DNA of 64,000 nucleotides from Candidatus Yanofskybacteria bacterium CG10_big_fil_rev_8_21_14_0_10_36_16 (GCA_002794035.1 PCXQ01000007.1:1785-65784), one strand, 5' to 3'. Positions 9,775 through 20,363 are shown, counted from the first letter of the stretch. Notes: a model not told the origin generated them from the letters alone. Numbers and translations are program-made.

Positions 9775-11304
9775 TTATATTCCCTCACACCCTATAAATG
9801 CGCCATTATTATCACCCGCGGTCACGTGCACATGAGTGACCCCCCCGTTTGAACAACCAGGGCCAGACTCAAGAAGATTACCTGCACCATCAACACATCT
9901 AGGACATTCCACAAAACCTCCGGAACCCGTTTCGCAATTAGCAGCTTTGGCTCCACATTCAATTGCTGCTTTCTGTATAATAGCTCCAACGCCTGGATAT
10001 TTAAATTGATCATAATCATAATCAATAGCTAGAGCGCCTTGATCACCCGTTCTGCCCCCATAATGACATGAGTTTGGAGAATGAGCACATGGACCACACC
10101 AATTATATCCTCTAGTATAATTACATCGCCAATTTGATATTGATAGTTCATAAGTAGATATCGTACCAACATTTTTACCCCTTGTTTTGGTACCTATACA
10201 TGATTGCAAAGCATCTGTTGATGGTGCATCACCAAAAGGATATTTTTCTCCGCAAATTGAAGCAATTGCTACCCATCCTGGATTAGAAGATGACCATGTA
10301 GCACAAGCAGGGTCTATACCTGCACCAGTTGCACAATTAGGAATTGGCGTAGAAGTAACCGTTGGTTGAGGTGGTGGTGGAGGTGGTGCAGTAGCTGTTA
10401 CTGTCGGAGGTGGTGGAGGTGGCTGAGTTGGTACAGACGAAACTGTTACCAAACAAGCATCTGCATCAGATTCACCGCTACCCCCTTCGTCCGTAACTGT
10501 AAAATTAATAATGTAAATTCCTGGGGAAGAATATGATGTTTGGAAAGCAAAACAACTTGTACTAGATACATTGGAAGCGCCTTCTGCATGCCAGCTACAA
10601 CTCAAGGGGGCGATGCCGTTTGTAAATGCACCAAAATTGATAATTTGACCCACCAACGCTGTAACTGCTTCGCCAGCCCCAAACCCATTTGGTTCAACGC
10701 AATCTGCAAAAGCCTCGGCACTAATACAAAGACCACATCCATCATTTTCAGGAGCACCGCAATCTATTTCATTCATTGTGCAATTGCGATCAACATCAAC
10801 ACAACCTGCCGGAAATTCACAAGGGCCAGGACCTGGCAACTCACTAGGCAAACTAAGCGGTGGTGGTATAACAACAACATCGCCACCCTGACAGTCAATT
10901 TGATTCCATGCTCTAAAATCAACCCCGTTATCCCCGTTAGTTAAAGAAAGCAAAATAGTATTGGTAATCATCCATGCTCCATATATTATAAGCAGAGCTA
11001 TTAATGTATTTTTAAAAATATTCTTGCCCCTTTGGAACATGTCTGGCTTGGCTCCGCCCATAAGCATCATCAAGCCCCCAATAATTATGAATACGGCAGC
11101 CAATACGGGCACTATGTTATATGACAAAAAATTGATAATTCTTTGTATCATGACAAAGATATCACATATAGTACACGGGCTCTGTCCCTCATTTCCACAA
11201 GGAACAAAACCTCCTTGGGCATACACATCGTTTACAATAAAACCACTGACAAAGAGGATCAGGGTTATTATAAAAAAGAAGGTTTTAAATTGTTTTAGTG
11301 CCAA
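9775..11304 (-). CDS. Large pilin fusion: pilin domain, Cys-rich/PKD-like region, Pro linker, putative M15-like Zn peptidase
   Basis: N-terminal GFVPCG..PCTICD plus pilin helices; YSSPGIYIINFTVTD PKD-like motif; SCHYGG...AIDY...HVHV at C-terminus. Confidence 0.7.
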   Translation of the reverse strand: MALKQFKTFFFIITLILFVSGFIVNDVYAQGGFVPCGNEGQSPCTICDIFVMIQRIINFLSYNIVPVLAAVFIIIGGLMMLMGGAKPDMFQRGKNIFKNTLIALLIIYGAWMITNTILLSLTNGDNGVDFRAWNQIDCQGGDVVVIPPPLSLPSELPGPGPCEFPAGCVDVDRNCTMNEIDCGAPENDGCGLCISAEAFADCVEPNGFGAGEAVTALVGQIINFGAFTNGIAPLSCSWHAEGASNVSSTSCFAFQTSYSSPGIYIINFTVTDEGGSGESDADACLVTVSSVPTQPPPPPPTVTATAPPPPPPQPTVTSTPIPNCATGAGIDPACATWSSSNPGWVAIASICGEKYPFGDAPSTDALQSCIGTKTRGKNVGTISTYELSISNWRCNYTRGYNWCGPCAHSPNSCHYGGRTGDQGALAIDYDYDQFKYPGVGAIIQKAAIECGAKAANCETGSGGFVECPRCVDGAGNLLESGPGCSNGGVTHVHVTAGDNNGAFIGCEGI

Positions 11305-11440
11305 TTTTTAAATTCTCGTTAAATTTTTAATGAATAAATTTTAAAACAAAACTCTATTAACGTTTGTTCAATTATTAAAAATTGAAAATTATTTTAAAAT
11401 TATAAAATTAAAAAATTGAAAATTCTAAATTATTTAAATA
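11305..11440. repeat. Second copy of AT-rich periodic inverted repeat
   Basis: AAATTTTTAATGAAT...ATTAAAAATTGAAAATTATTTTAAAATTATAAAATT, similar to 9218-9371 and 9734-9774. Confidence 0.6.
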
Positions 11441-11458
11441 TTTAAACAATTAAATAAT

Positions 11459-12796
11459 TTAGTTCCTAGCTCTGCGCATTAACACGTTTACCTGCCTTTC
11501 TGCATTTTCAAGAGCATCTCTTACTGAGCGTCGGCCAAAGTTAACATCATCTATCATATCAGCAAAAATCTTTTCTATATCTGTGTTATCTACTTGATAC
11601 CAAGACCGAGCCGACAAAGACTGCTCAGCGAATATCCCTATGTCTGGTTTCCTTTTCTGTTGCTCTATTAAGTCACGGCGGGCAGCTGGACGCCCAGATG
11701 CATCGAGATAAGCAGCAGCACCCTCTGCAGAACTCATAAACAGAACAAACTTCCATGCCTCAATTGCATTACCTGATGATTTAGATACGGTGGGCGCCCA
11801 ATAGTTAGCATAGTTTACTTTTATCGGGGCATCTTTTATTTGAGGCATAGAAGCAATCCCAAAGTTAAACCTTGCTGCCTTATCTCTAATGGTAGCTATA
11901 TGATGAGAATAGTTAAACATCATTGCTGTATCACCCTCTATAAAGTCGTCTATGGAATAATTCTGACCATCATTCCAAGTGTAAACCTTCCTCTTTAGCG
12001 GATTGGCAAAGTCTGTGTAATACTGAAGCGCTAATTCTCCCACTTTTTCTCTATCAACAGCACTGGTAAAAGTGGCTGTAGTATTGGTGGAGTTTGTCAT
12101 TTGAACTCCACTTTGAAGCATCATGAGCATTAAAATGTCTGTTGAACGGTTAACATTCCTGGCCGTACCGATTGCTGCTCCAGATCTTACAATATTTCCA
12201 TCATTATCAACAACTGTCAGACGATTTACTGCATCGTTAAATTCTTCCCAAGTTTCAGGCGCCCTAGTCAAGCCAACGGAATTAAATAAGTCCTTGTTGT
12301 AATACAAGGCTAACGTATCAATATAAACAGGCAAGGCTGCAATCCTGCCGTCTATTGTTAGGTCATCTACCGCAACGTCAACAAATTGATTCTGGAAATC
12401 AGTGATAGTAAACAACGGCTCCCCGTCCTCTCCTTGGAGATTTTGAGGCAAGGCTACGATTTTGTCTCCATGCTTTGGCAACCAAGTATTGTGCATCATC
12501 CAAATATCAGGACCGGTTCCTGAAGCAAAAGCATCTATCAGTTTTTGTTCATATTCATCATAGCTAAACTGTTTATAAACTATTCGAATCTGCCTGTTTA
12601 CACTCTTGTATTTATCCAAAACAGCATTTATGACTTCCCGGTCATCAAAAACCCCCCAAAATTGTAACGTAGTCGTCTGAGTTGGAGCTCTGCTTTTTAT
12701 ATTGCCAAGTAGCAATATCATAATCAAAATTATTACAACAACTGCTGCAACAATAGCTATAAAAAACATTTTGTTTTGACCTAGAGAAAACTTCAT
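11459..12796 (-). CDS. Extracellular solute-binding protein (sugar ABC family 1-like), membrane anchored
   Basis: LQFWG, GTGPDIW, DTLALYYNKDLF, EAWKFV motifs. Confidence 0.88.
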   Translation of the reverse strand: MKFSLGQNKMFFIAIVAAVVVIILIMILLLGNIKSRAPTQTTTLQFWGVFDDREVINAVLDKYKSVNRQIRIVYKQFSYDEYEQKLIDAFASGTGPDIWMMHNTWLPKHGDKIVALPQNLQGEDGEPLFTITDFQNQFVDVAVDDLTIDGRIAALPVYIDTLALYYNKDLFNSVGLTRAPETWEEFNDAVNRLTVVDNDGNIVRSGAAIGTARNVNRSTDILMLMMLQSGVQMTNSTNTTATFTSAVDREKVGELALQYYTDFANPLKRKVYTWNDGQNYSIDDFIEGDTAMMFNYSHHIATIRDKAARFNFGIASMPQIKDAPIKVNYANYWAPTVSKSSGNAIEAWKFVLFMSSAEGAAAYLDASGRPAARRDLIEQQKRKPDIGIFAEQSLSARSWYQVDNTDIEKIFADMIDDVNFGRRSVRDALENAERQVNVLMRRARN

Positions 12797-12811
12797 ATTT
12801 TTATTTTAATA

Positions 12812-13360
12812 CTATTTCTTATGAAAAACGAATCCATAATGAAAACTGCCTACATTTATTTCTCTTTCTACTTCAAATCCAATACCAGAAATAAGCTTGC
12901 TCATTTCTTCCTTGCTAGTTCGTTCTTCATCAGGAGGACCAAATCCATTAACGCCCTTTTCCCAATCCATAAAAACCAACTTGCCTCCTGGTTTTAATAT
13001 TCTTTTTGCTTCTGAAATTATATTTTCCTTTTTGCTTGATTGAAACAAAACATTAACAATTAAAACCATGTCTTGGGAATTGTCTTCTAAACCAGAACTT
13101 CCCGGAATTTCAAGGTTGGCTCTTACCAATTCTATATTAGAAAGACCTTTTTCCTCAGCTTTAGCCTTTAAATGTTCTAGAACATCACTTAAAACATCGA
13201 TAGCGACCACCTTGCCTGTGTCGCCAACCTTTTTGGCAGCCAAGATAGTAAAGTAGCCTGAACCGGACCCAAAATCAGCAATCCTTATACTCTCTTCGAT
13301 ACCAAATTCTTCCACGACTATATCCGGATTTAAAAACCCTCCAGAACCGGGAGTAGGCAT
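12812..13360 (-). CDS. Class I SAM-dependent methyltransferase
   Basis: IADFGSGSGYF motif I, RILKPGG; start uncertain (13360 or 13399). Confidence 0.9.
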   Translation of the reverse strand: MPTPGSGGFLNPDIVVEEFGIEESIRIADFGSGSGYFTILAAKKVGDTGKVVAIDVLSDVLEHLKAKAEEKGLSNIELVRANLEIPGSSGLEDNSQDMVLIVNVLFQSSKKENIISEAKRILKPGGKLVFMDWEKGVNGFGPPDEERTSKEEMSKLISGIGFEVEREINVGSFHYGFVFHKK

Positions 13361-13494
13361 ATTAGAAATATTATTTAACTTAGGAGCTATATCAACCATA
13401 ACTTGAACCAAAAATAAATTTTAAAAATTTAGATTCTTTATTAATAATTATAACATTTAAATACTTGAGATAAACCAACAATTGTTCACAACCA

Positions 13495-13526
13495 AAAACC
13501 CCGCCCTTGCTAGCAAGGGCGGGGTT
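13495..13526 (-). terminator. GC hairpin / terminator after gyrA
   Basis: AACCCCGCCCTTGC-TA-GCAAGGGCGGGGTT; T run on minus strand. Confidence 0.65.
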
Positions 13527-13558
13527 AATTTAAATATTATTTATTAATTATAATTTTC

Positions 13559-15997
13559 CTAAACTATTACGGCAGATGCAATCTTATCTCCCTGTCCCAA
13601 TTTCATTATTCTAACTCCCTGTGTTGCCCTACCCAACAAAGGAATGCTTGAAATTTCAGTTTTAATAACATTGCCTTTTCCTGAAATTGCAATTAAATCA
13701 TTGTCTTCTTCTGTTATGACATTTGCAAATACAATTTCACCTGTCTTTGCAGTAACCTTAGCAGTTGTAATACCTCTACCCCCTCTTTTTTGAACCTTAT
13801 AAGAAGAGAGGTGTGTCATTTTTCCATAACCATTAGCCATGGCAATAAAAAGTTTAAGACCTTTTGAAGAACCATCGGACACAATACTAGCACCAACAAC
13901 CTTTGCATTGTTTTCATTTAATCTTATCCCCAAAACACCAGCAGCACTTCTTCCCATAGGTCTTACGTCTTTTTCTTTAAATCTTATAGAGCTTCCGTTT
14001 GAAGCGGCAACCAGAATTTCATCAGAACCTGAGGTTGCAAGAACCCAACCAAGCTCATCATCTTTGTTTAATCGTATAGCAATCATTCCGCTTCGTCTTA
14101 CATTGGCAAATTCTTCTGCATCAACTTTTTTAACAATCCCCTTTGATGTAACCATAAACAAATATGTTTTTTTACTGTCTTTTGGCACAGGTATAACAGC
14201 TGTTACAATACTGTCTTGAGCAATCTGTAAAAAGTTAGCCAAAGATTTGCCTTTTGACTGTCGTGACGACTCCGGTACTTCGTAGCCTTTGGTCTGAAAA
14301 ACCTTGCCCGTGTTAGTAAAAAACATTAAATCATCATGAGTATTGGCAAGGAAAAAATGCCTAACCACGTCTTCTTCTTTTGTAGAAATACCGACAAGAC
14401 CCTTACCGCCCCTCTTTTGAGCCTTCAGAATGGTCGGGGTCATACGCTTGATATATCCGCCTTGAGTAATCACAAAAAGAGAATCTTCCTCAGGCACAAG
14501 CTCTTCTTCTCCTATTTCTCTAACTGCTGATTTAACAATCTTGGTTTTTCTTTCGTCTCCATATTTTTCTTTTATTTCGTTAAATTCTTCCTTTACGACT
14601 CCCAAAAGTTTTTTAGGACTAGCCAAAAGTGATTTCAAATAATCTATTAATTTTCTCTTCTCCTCTAATTCATCATCAATCTTTTTTCTTTCGAGTCCTG
14701 CCAAGCTCTGTAAACGCATGTCCAAAATTGCATTAGTCTGACGGTCTGAAAACTTAAATCTTTTAATCAAGTTAAAAAAAGCGTCTTCTCTAGAGGCTGA
14801 TTTTTTTATTATTTTTATTATTTCATCTATATGATCAAGTGCTTTTTTTAAACCTTCTAAGATATGCGCGCGTTCTTCAGCCTTTCTTAAATCATGTTTT
14901 GTTCTTCTCGCAACAACCTCTTTTCTGTGTTCAAGAAATTTTTCAAGAAATAATTTGAGGCCAAAAACTTGAGGCTGGATACCGTCGATTAAACCAAGCA
15001 TGTTTATATGAAATGCTTTTTGCATCTCTGTATATTTATAAAGCTGGTTTAAAATTTTCTTTGGGAAAGAATCATTTTTTAAATCAATAGCAATCCTCAA
15101 TCCATCCTTATCAGATTCATCCCTTATATCCTTTATGCCTTCAACTTTTTTATCTTTAACCAAAGTTGCTATTTTTGATATTAATTCAGCTTTATTGGTT
15201 TGATATGGTATTTCGGTAACTATTATTTGGAAACCTCCTTTTTTAGTTTCTATAATTTCTGCTTTAGCCCTTATAACCACAGAGCCCTTGCCTGTAGCAT
15301 AAGCAGAGTCAATATCATTTTGACCATAAAGAGTGCCACCTGTTGGGAAATCCGGCCCTTTAACATATTGCGACAGTTCTGTAACATCCGTATCTGGATT
15401 ATCTGCAAGATGAATCAACCCGTCGATTATTTCATTCAAATTATGCGGAGGTATGTTAGTTGCCATACCCACAGCAATACCCATAGAGCCATTAATTAAT
15501 AGATTAGGAATTCGCGTTGGTAAAACTGTCGGCTCTTTCTTTGTGCCGTCATAATTATCTACAAAACTAACAGTATCTTTTTCAATATCTGAAAGCATCA
15601 TTTCTGCTATTGGAGCCATCTTTGCTTCTGTATAACGCATAGCTGCGGGAGGATCTCCGTCAACCGAACCAAAATTACCCTGACCTTTTACCAGGGGATA
15701 TCTCATTGAAAAATCTTGAGCCATGCGAACCATTGAGTCATAAGCTGCCGCATCTCCATGCGGATGATATTTACCCAAAACCTCACCGACAACTGTTGCT
15801 GATTTTCGAAACTTGGCTGAGGATGTTAAACCCATATCCCGCATTGCATAAAGTATCCGGCGATGTACCGGTTTTAGTCCGTCTCGTATATCAGGCAAGG
15901 CTCTACCAACGATTACGCTCATGGCATAATCAAGGTAAGATTCTCGCATCTCGTCTGTTATGGTACGAGAAGATATTCTTGTGTCTTCTACGGCCAC
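13559..15997 (-). CDS. gyrA: DNA gyrase subunit A
   Basis: [26 protein letters not shown] catalytic Tyr, QKRGGKG GyrA-box. Confidence 0.98.
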   Translation of the reverse strand: MAVEDTRISSRTITDEMRESYLDYAMSVIVGRALPDIRDGLKPVHRRILYAMRDMGLTSSAKFRKSATVVGEVLGKYHPHGDAAAYDSMVRMAQDFSMRYPLVKGQGNFGSVDGDPPAAMRYTEAKMAPIAEMMLSDIEKDTVSFVDNYDGTKKEPTVLPTRIPNLLINGSMGIAVGMATNIPPHNLNEIIDGLIHLADNPDTDVTELSQYVKGPDFPTGGTLYGQNDIDSAYATGKGSVVIRAKAEIIETKKGGFQIIVTEIPYQTNKAELISKIATLVKDKKVEGIKDIRDESDKDGLRIAIDLKNDSFPKKILNQLYKYTEMQKAFHINMLGLIDGIQPQVFGLKLFLEKFLEHRKEVVARRTKHDLRKAEERAHILEGLKKALDHIDEIIKIIKKSASREDAFFNLIKRFKFSDRQTNAILDMRLQSLAGLERKKIDDELEEKRKLIDYLKSLLASPKKLLGVVKEEFNEIKEKYGDERKTKIVKSAVREIGEEELVPEEDSLFVITQGGYIKRMTPTILKAQKRGGKGLVGISTKEEDVVRHFFLANTHDDLMFFTNTGKVFQTKGYEVPESSRQSKGKSLANFLQIAQDSIVTAVIPVPKDSKKTYLFMVTSKGIVKKVDAEEFANVRRSGMIAIRLNKDDELGWVLATSGSDEILVAASNGSSIRFKEKDVRPMGRSAAGVLGIRLNENNAKVVGASIVSDGSSKGLKLFIAMANGYGKMTHLSSYKVQKRGGRGITTAKVTAKTGEIVFANVITEEDNDLIAISGKGNVIKTEISSIPLLGRATQGVRIMKLGQGDKIASAVIV

Positions 15998-16001
15998 AAG
16001 A

Positions 16002-16110
16002 AAATATTAAACATCAGTTACCAAATATCAAAAACCAGGTGTCCCGCCAAAGCGGGACAAGAATTATTATTTTGATATCTAATAATTTTGATATTTAATT
16101 TTTAATATTA
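16002..16110. repeat. AT-rich inverted repeat enclosing GTCCCGCCAAAGCGGGAC hairpin in gyrA leader
   Basis: AAATATCAAAA pairs with TTTTGATATTT; AATATTAAA pairs with TTTAATATT. Confidence 0.55.
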
Positions 16111-16280
16111 GTTTAATTCTAGCAAATATAGCATGCTTTGCCAAGTTGCCATAAATCATAAAATTAAGTTAATAACCGGTAAAATTAAATCCCCATATCA
16201 GCTTTAAAAGACCGCCAAAAAAAATAAAAAGCCCGACCGAAAAATAATCGAGCCAACTCAAAATCAAAATAGTTTTATTA

Positions 16281-16625
16281 TTATTCTACCAAGGGCAATC
16301 TCTGTGGCCCTACATCTGGCTGTCCACTATCGCCCTGTTGTGGTAAATCTTCTTTAACACCAACTAATTCAAGTATTGTATCTTTGAAACCTGATACAGA
16401 ACCCCCAATTGCCGCAAACAGTGAAGGCTGGTTTTCTTTTTCCTGTTCCGCAAGAATTCGTTGTTGCTCAACCTCTTCAGGATGTAGCATTGCATACATA
16501 TCGTCCTGAGCTGACTTAAACCATGTAAAAATCACGAGAGACGAAACCACAAAAACCGAAATCCACATAAAAATTTCTCTTATGTGTTCGGGTTGTTTTC
16601 TAATTTCTTGTAATATGTTGGGCAT
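16281..16625 (-). CDS. Hypothetical protein with one TM helix
   Basis: 114-aa ORF co-oriented between the MBL hydrolase and gyrA. Confidence 0.7.
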   Translation of the reverse strand: MPNILQEIRKQPEHIREIFMWISVFVVSSLVIFTWFKSAQDDMYAMLHPEEVEQQRILAEQEKENQPSLFAAIGGSVSGFKDTILELVGVKEDLPQQGDSGQPDVGPQRLPLVE

Positions 16626-16659
16626 CTTTTATACGATCCTAATATTGTTAGGATCGCGA

Positions 16660-17301
16660 TTATGTTATAAACATAACTAATTTAGTTTCATCTATAGGCA
16701 AACCTTTTTCATTAATACGCCAACTTGTACCAACCTTTTCTGGCTTAATACCAATTTCTTTAATAAACTTATCAGGTCCCTCTATATCTAATTTTAAATC
16801 TTTTGTCTTATAATGCATAGGCACAATCATCTTGGGGCTAATTTGGTTTATTATTTTTAAAGCTTTTTGAGCGTCTATCGTACATTTTCCTCCCACAGGA
16901 ATAAACAAAACATCAATATCGCCTATACTCTCTATTTGTTCGTGGCTTAATTCTTTTTCTCCAAAATCACCTAAATGACAAAACTTAATTCCCTCAAATC
17001 TAATCACATAAATAGTGTTAAGTCCCCTGTCTTTGCCCTCATTTTCATCATGATAAGAAACAATCCCCTCTATTTGAACACCGCCTTTTTCATATTCACC
17101 CGGACCGCTTACCAAAAAAGCGTCATCGGACTTCCCCTCTAAATTGTGGTGATCATCGTGATTGTGTGTTGTTAGCAGAATATTGTCTTTGCCCAATCGT
17201 GGCGCTCTAAGACCAATTTCTTTGGAAAAAGGGTCTATCATAATACTCATATTTTTACCTTCCAAACGAAAACACGAATAACCGTAGTAATTAATATTCA
17301 T
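16660..17301 (-). CDS. MBL-fold metallo-hydrolase (Lactamase_B_3-like)
   Basis: THNHDDH, HLGD, PMHY; start set at MNINYYG. Confidence 0.9.
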   Translation of the reverse strand: MNINYYGYSCFRLEGKNMSIMIDPFSKEIGLRAPRLGKDNILLTTHNHDDHHNLEGKSDDAFLVSGPGEYEKGGVQIEGIVSYHDENEGKDRGLNTIYVIRFEGIKFCHLGDFGEKELSHEQIESIGDIDVLFIPVGGKCTIDAQKALKIINQISPKMIVPMHYKTKDLKLDIEGPDKFIKEIGIKPEKVGTSWRINEKGLPIDETKLVMFIT

Positions 17302-17441
17302 GCTCAAATTATACCAAACAACAACCAGTAATTCAATTGCTTTATTTTTTATAATGTTTTTAAATTTTGTAAATTCAAAACTAGAACAAACAGCAAAAAT
17401 AACCCTTGCCTCGTTTGGCAACTTATGATATCTTTACCACC

Positions 17442-18689
17442 ATGAATACAACAACAATACAACACAGCAGTGTTTCAATGAAAGACCTGCTAACTCAGGC
17501 AAATTTTGATTTACCAAAAGAAGGAGATGTTGTTAAGGGAGAAATTATTAGTGTAAGCAAAAACAACATTTTTATAGACTTGGGTGCTTTTGGTACCGGA
17601 ATAGTTTACCCGGGTGAATTTTATGATAATCTAAATATGCAAAAAACCTTAATCCCAGGTCAAAAAATATCTGCAATTCTTATTGATATAGAAACTGAAG
17701 ACGGGTTTAGAGAATTATCACTTAAACAAGCTCAAAAAACCACAGCTTGGCACGACATTAAAAAATTAAAGGACGACGGCACTGTCATAACAACTCCAAT
17801 AATAAACATAAACAAAGGAGGGGCAATTGTTGAAATCGGAGGAATTCAAGGATTTTTGCCTTTATCTCAATTAAGTTCTGAAAATTATCCAAAAGTAGAG
17901 GGAGGTGACACCACAAAAATAGTCCAGCATCTTCAAAAATTAAAAAATAAAAACGTTAAAATAAAAATATTAGATTTTAACGAAGAAGAAACCAAACTTA
18001 TTGTTTCTGAAAAAGCTGTAGGAGATGAAGAAACAAAAAAAGAGATAGAGAAATTTGAAATTGGTGATGTAGTTGAAGGAATAATAACAGGCGTAACGGA
18101 TTTTGGTGCATTTGTATCCTTAACCCCAAACACACCCGATAAAGAAACGGGGGGCGACAAACCAGAAGATATTAATAAAACAGGAGATTCAGAACAAGAA
18201 GAGCCAGAGGAAGATGGCAACATGCCAGAAGTCACTTCAGTTGAAGGCCTGATTCACATTTCTGAAATTGACTGGAAGTTAATAAGCGACCCGCGTGACT
18301 TTCTTAAAAAAGGACAAAGAGTTAAGGCAAAAATAATAAGTATAGATGGAACAAAGATATCCCTGTCTCTAAAAGCTCTTAAACAAGACCCGTGGCAAGG
18401 CATAGACAAAAAGTATCCTGTTGGCACATCATTAAAAGCAACAATAACAAAAGTTAACAATTACGGAGCGCTGGCTGCGCTTGATGAAGAAATAACCGGC
18501 TTGATACCTTCTTCGGAATTTGTGGGTAAAAAACCTGCTGATTCAGCTGAAGCGGGAAATGAGATTGATGTTACTGTAGTATCAGTAGATCCAGAAGAAC
18601 ACAAACTCATATTAACACTTTCCCAACATGATAAATCTAAAGACGTAGAACCTGAAACCAGTGATAACCCAAACAACGAAGAAGACTAA
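17442..18689 (+). CDS. rpsA: 30S ribosomal protein S1 (four S1 domains)
   Basis: Repeated S1 motifs (GFLPLSQL, FGAFV, EGLIHISEI, ISLSLKAL); acidic insert in third domain. Confidence 0.88.
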   Translation: MNTTTIQHSSVSMKDLLTQANFDLPKEGDVVKGEIISVSKNNIFIDLGAFGTGIVYPGEFYDNLNMQKTLIPGQKISAILIDIETEDGFRELSLKQAQKTTAWHDIKKLKDDGTVITTPIININKGGAIVEIGGIQGFLPLSQLSSENYPKVEGGDTTKIVQHLQKLKNKNVKIKILDFNEEETKLIVSEKAVGDEETKKEIEKFEIGDVVEGIITGVTDFGAFVSLTPNTPDKETGGDKPEDINKTGDSEQEEPEEDGNMPEVTSVEGLIHISEIDWKLISDPRDFLKKGQRVKAKIISIDGTKISLSLKALKQDPWQGIDKKYPVGTSLKATITKVNNYGALAALDEEITGLIPSSEFVGKKPADSAEAGNEIDVTVVSVDPEEHKLILTLSQHDKSKDVEPETSDNPNNEED

Positions 18690-18756
18690 AGAAACCAAAA
18701 ATACAAACAACACAAAAACATTTAAAAACACCCCCCAACTAAGAGGTGTTTTTAGT

Positions 18757-18786
18757 TTGACATAATTCATATTTTTGTGTTAGTAT
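18757..18786 (+). promoter_or_regulatory. Sigma70 promoter for NUDIX/CSD pair
   Basis: TTGACA...TG-T-TAGTAT. Confidence 0.55.
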
Positions 18787-18847
18787 ATAAATAGCGTTAA
18801 ATGCCCTTTAAAAATTTTATTTTAGTCAACTGACACCGAGGACGAAA

Positions 18848-19519
18848 ATGAGAAGAAAGAAATCAAAGCGAAATGTGGCAGGCAATAGACCATGGGAAAC
18901 TCCCCCGGAAGACATGAAGCATTTTGCAATAACTGCTGATATGTTCCCTCCGGGACAAGAGTATCTAGCTCATGATCTAGCTCGGGAGCATAGAATGTTC
19001 GAAGAATCGGGATGTTTAAAGGATTTAGAAGAACACTCCGACCAAACTGTGGTCGCCATCGGCCTTTTTGATGAAAAATTTATATTAGTTGATGACCAAA
19101 ACAAATCTGGCTTAGGATTTCCCGGAGGTTCTGTTACCCCTGGAGAGATGCCGGTCAAAACCCTGATTAGAGAGATCGGCGAAGAAGTAGATCTCTCAGC
19201 CGAAGTTTTTGAAAGTTATTATGTTGAATTTCCAGTTGGAGAAACCCAAGAAGATCCTCATATTTTTTCGGCCTATTGGGTTAGCTTTATTGGCAATAAG
19301 CCAAATATAAAAAAATTCGACAAAGAGGAGCCTATTACAGCCATTTATCTCGTGTCTTATGATACAATTCTCAGACTATGCCAAACAAATGGCATTTTAA
19401 TTCATGAAGGCAAAAGAACTAAGCCCATTCTAAGAAACCACAGAATAGCGTTTCTCCAAATGGTTGAGCTTTTAAATTCAAGATCAGAAAATTCTGAAAA
19501 GGAGGCTTCTTATGTATAA
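18848..19519 (+). CDS. NUDIX hydrolase
   Basis: FPGGSVTPGEMPVKTLIREIGEEV Nudix box; GAGG SD. Confidence 0.85.
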   Translation: MRRKKSKRNVAGNRPWETPPEDMKHFAITADMFPPGQEYLAHDLAREHRMFEESGCLKDLEEHSDQTVVAIGLFDEKFILVDDQNKSGLGFPGGSVTPGEMPVKTLIREIGEEVDLSAEVFESYYVEFPVGETQEDPHIFSAYWVSFIGNKPNIKKFDKEEPITAIYLVSYDTILRLCQTNGILIHEGKRTKPILRNHRIAFLQMVELLNSRSENSEKEASYV

Positions 19520-20363
19520 TTTTGATGAAAGACTGAAATGCCTTAGTAAATTAGGCATAGATATTAGGGTTTTAAACTTAACTTCTGAGATAAAAGATGG
19601 AAATCTATTTTTTGCTGAAGTATTGTCTCCCAAAAATAATTCAGGTCTTCTGATTATGGCTGAACCCAACGAAGAAGTTAAATTTGGAGTTGTTGTGGAC
19701 TTGGAAAAAAATTCTGAATTAATTGTGTTTGAAGTTTCGGGGAAAAACAGAAACATCACTCTGCTTGGAAACAAGTCCCCCTCAAACTCAGCCACGAAAA
19801 CATTTATCAAGAGGGTGCGTACCCACCCTGATAAAACAGGGTGCTACACAACTAAAAATAATGCCTTCCAAAACAACGGGCTTTGGGTAGCCAAAATTGG
19901 TCCTAAAAGTCTTGAAATGTGGGAAATCGCTATAGTAACCCAAATACAGGGATTGTCGAAATATTACCTATCCCTGCAAAAAGTGTACTGTGCCGATTTA
20001 TATGAAAATAATGGAGAGATATTCGTTCCTGAAGAACAATTTCTAAATTATAACAATTGGCAATCCTTAAATGAGTTAGTTAAGAAATGTGTAAATGTTG
20101 AAAAACTAACCTCAGCAAAAAATTATTCTCCGCCAAACGATACCGCGCCAGAACTTGAACCAAATAAATGCCAAATTCAATGGTTCAACCAGTCGCGACG
20201 TTATGGACTTGGGAACATCAATGGGCACCGAGGCCCAGTCATGATTCACTCTTCTGAAATTTTAGACCAAGAATTCCCGGCCTTAGATCCGGGAACAATC
20301 GTCAGTTTTGACAAAATAAAAAGAACACCTCAGGGATTACAACTCCAAGGTGTAAAGGAATAA
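19512..20363 (+). CDS. Hypothetical protein with C-terminal cold-shock-like OB domain
   Basis: IQWFNQSRRYG...VMIHSSEI...LDPGTIVSF...GLQLQGV; AAGGAGG SD; overlaps NUDIX stop. Confidence 0.65.
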   Translation: MYNFDERLKCLSKLGIDIRVLNLTSEIKDGNLFFAEVLSPKNNSGLLIMAEPNEEVKFGVVVDLEKNSELIVFEVSGKNRNITLLGNKSPSNSATKTFIKRVRTHPDKTGCYTTKNNAFQNNGLWVAKIGPKSLEMWEIAIVTQIQGLSKYYLSLQKVYCADLYENNGEIFVPEEQFLNYNNWQSLNELVKKCVNVEKLTSAKNYSPPNDTAPELEPNKCQIQWFNQSRRYGLGNINGHRGPVMIHSSEILDQEFPALDPGTIVSFDKIKRTPQGLQLQGVKE

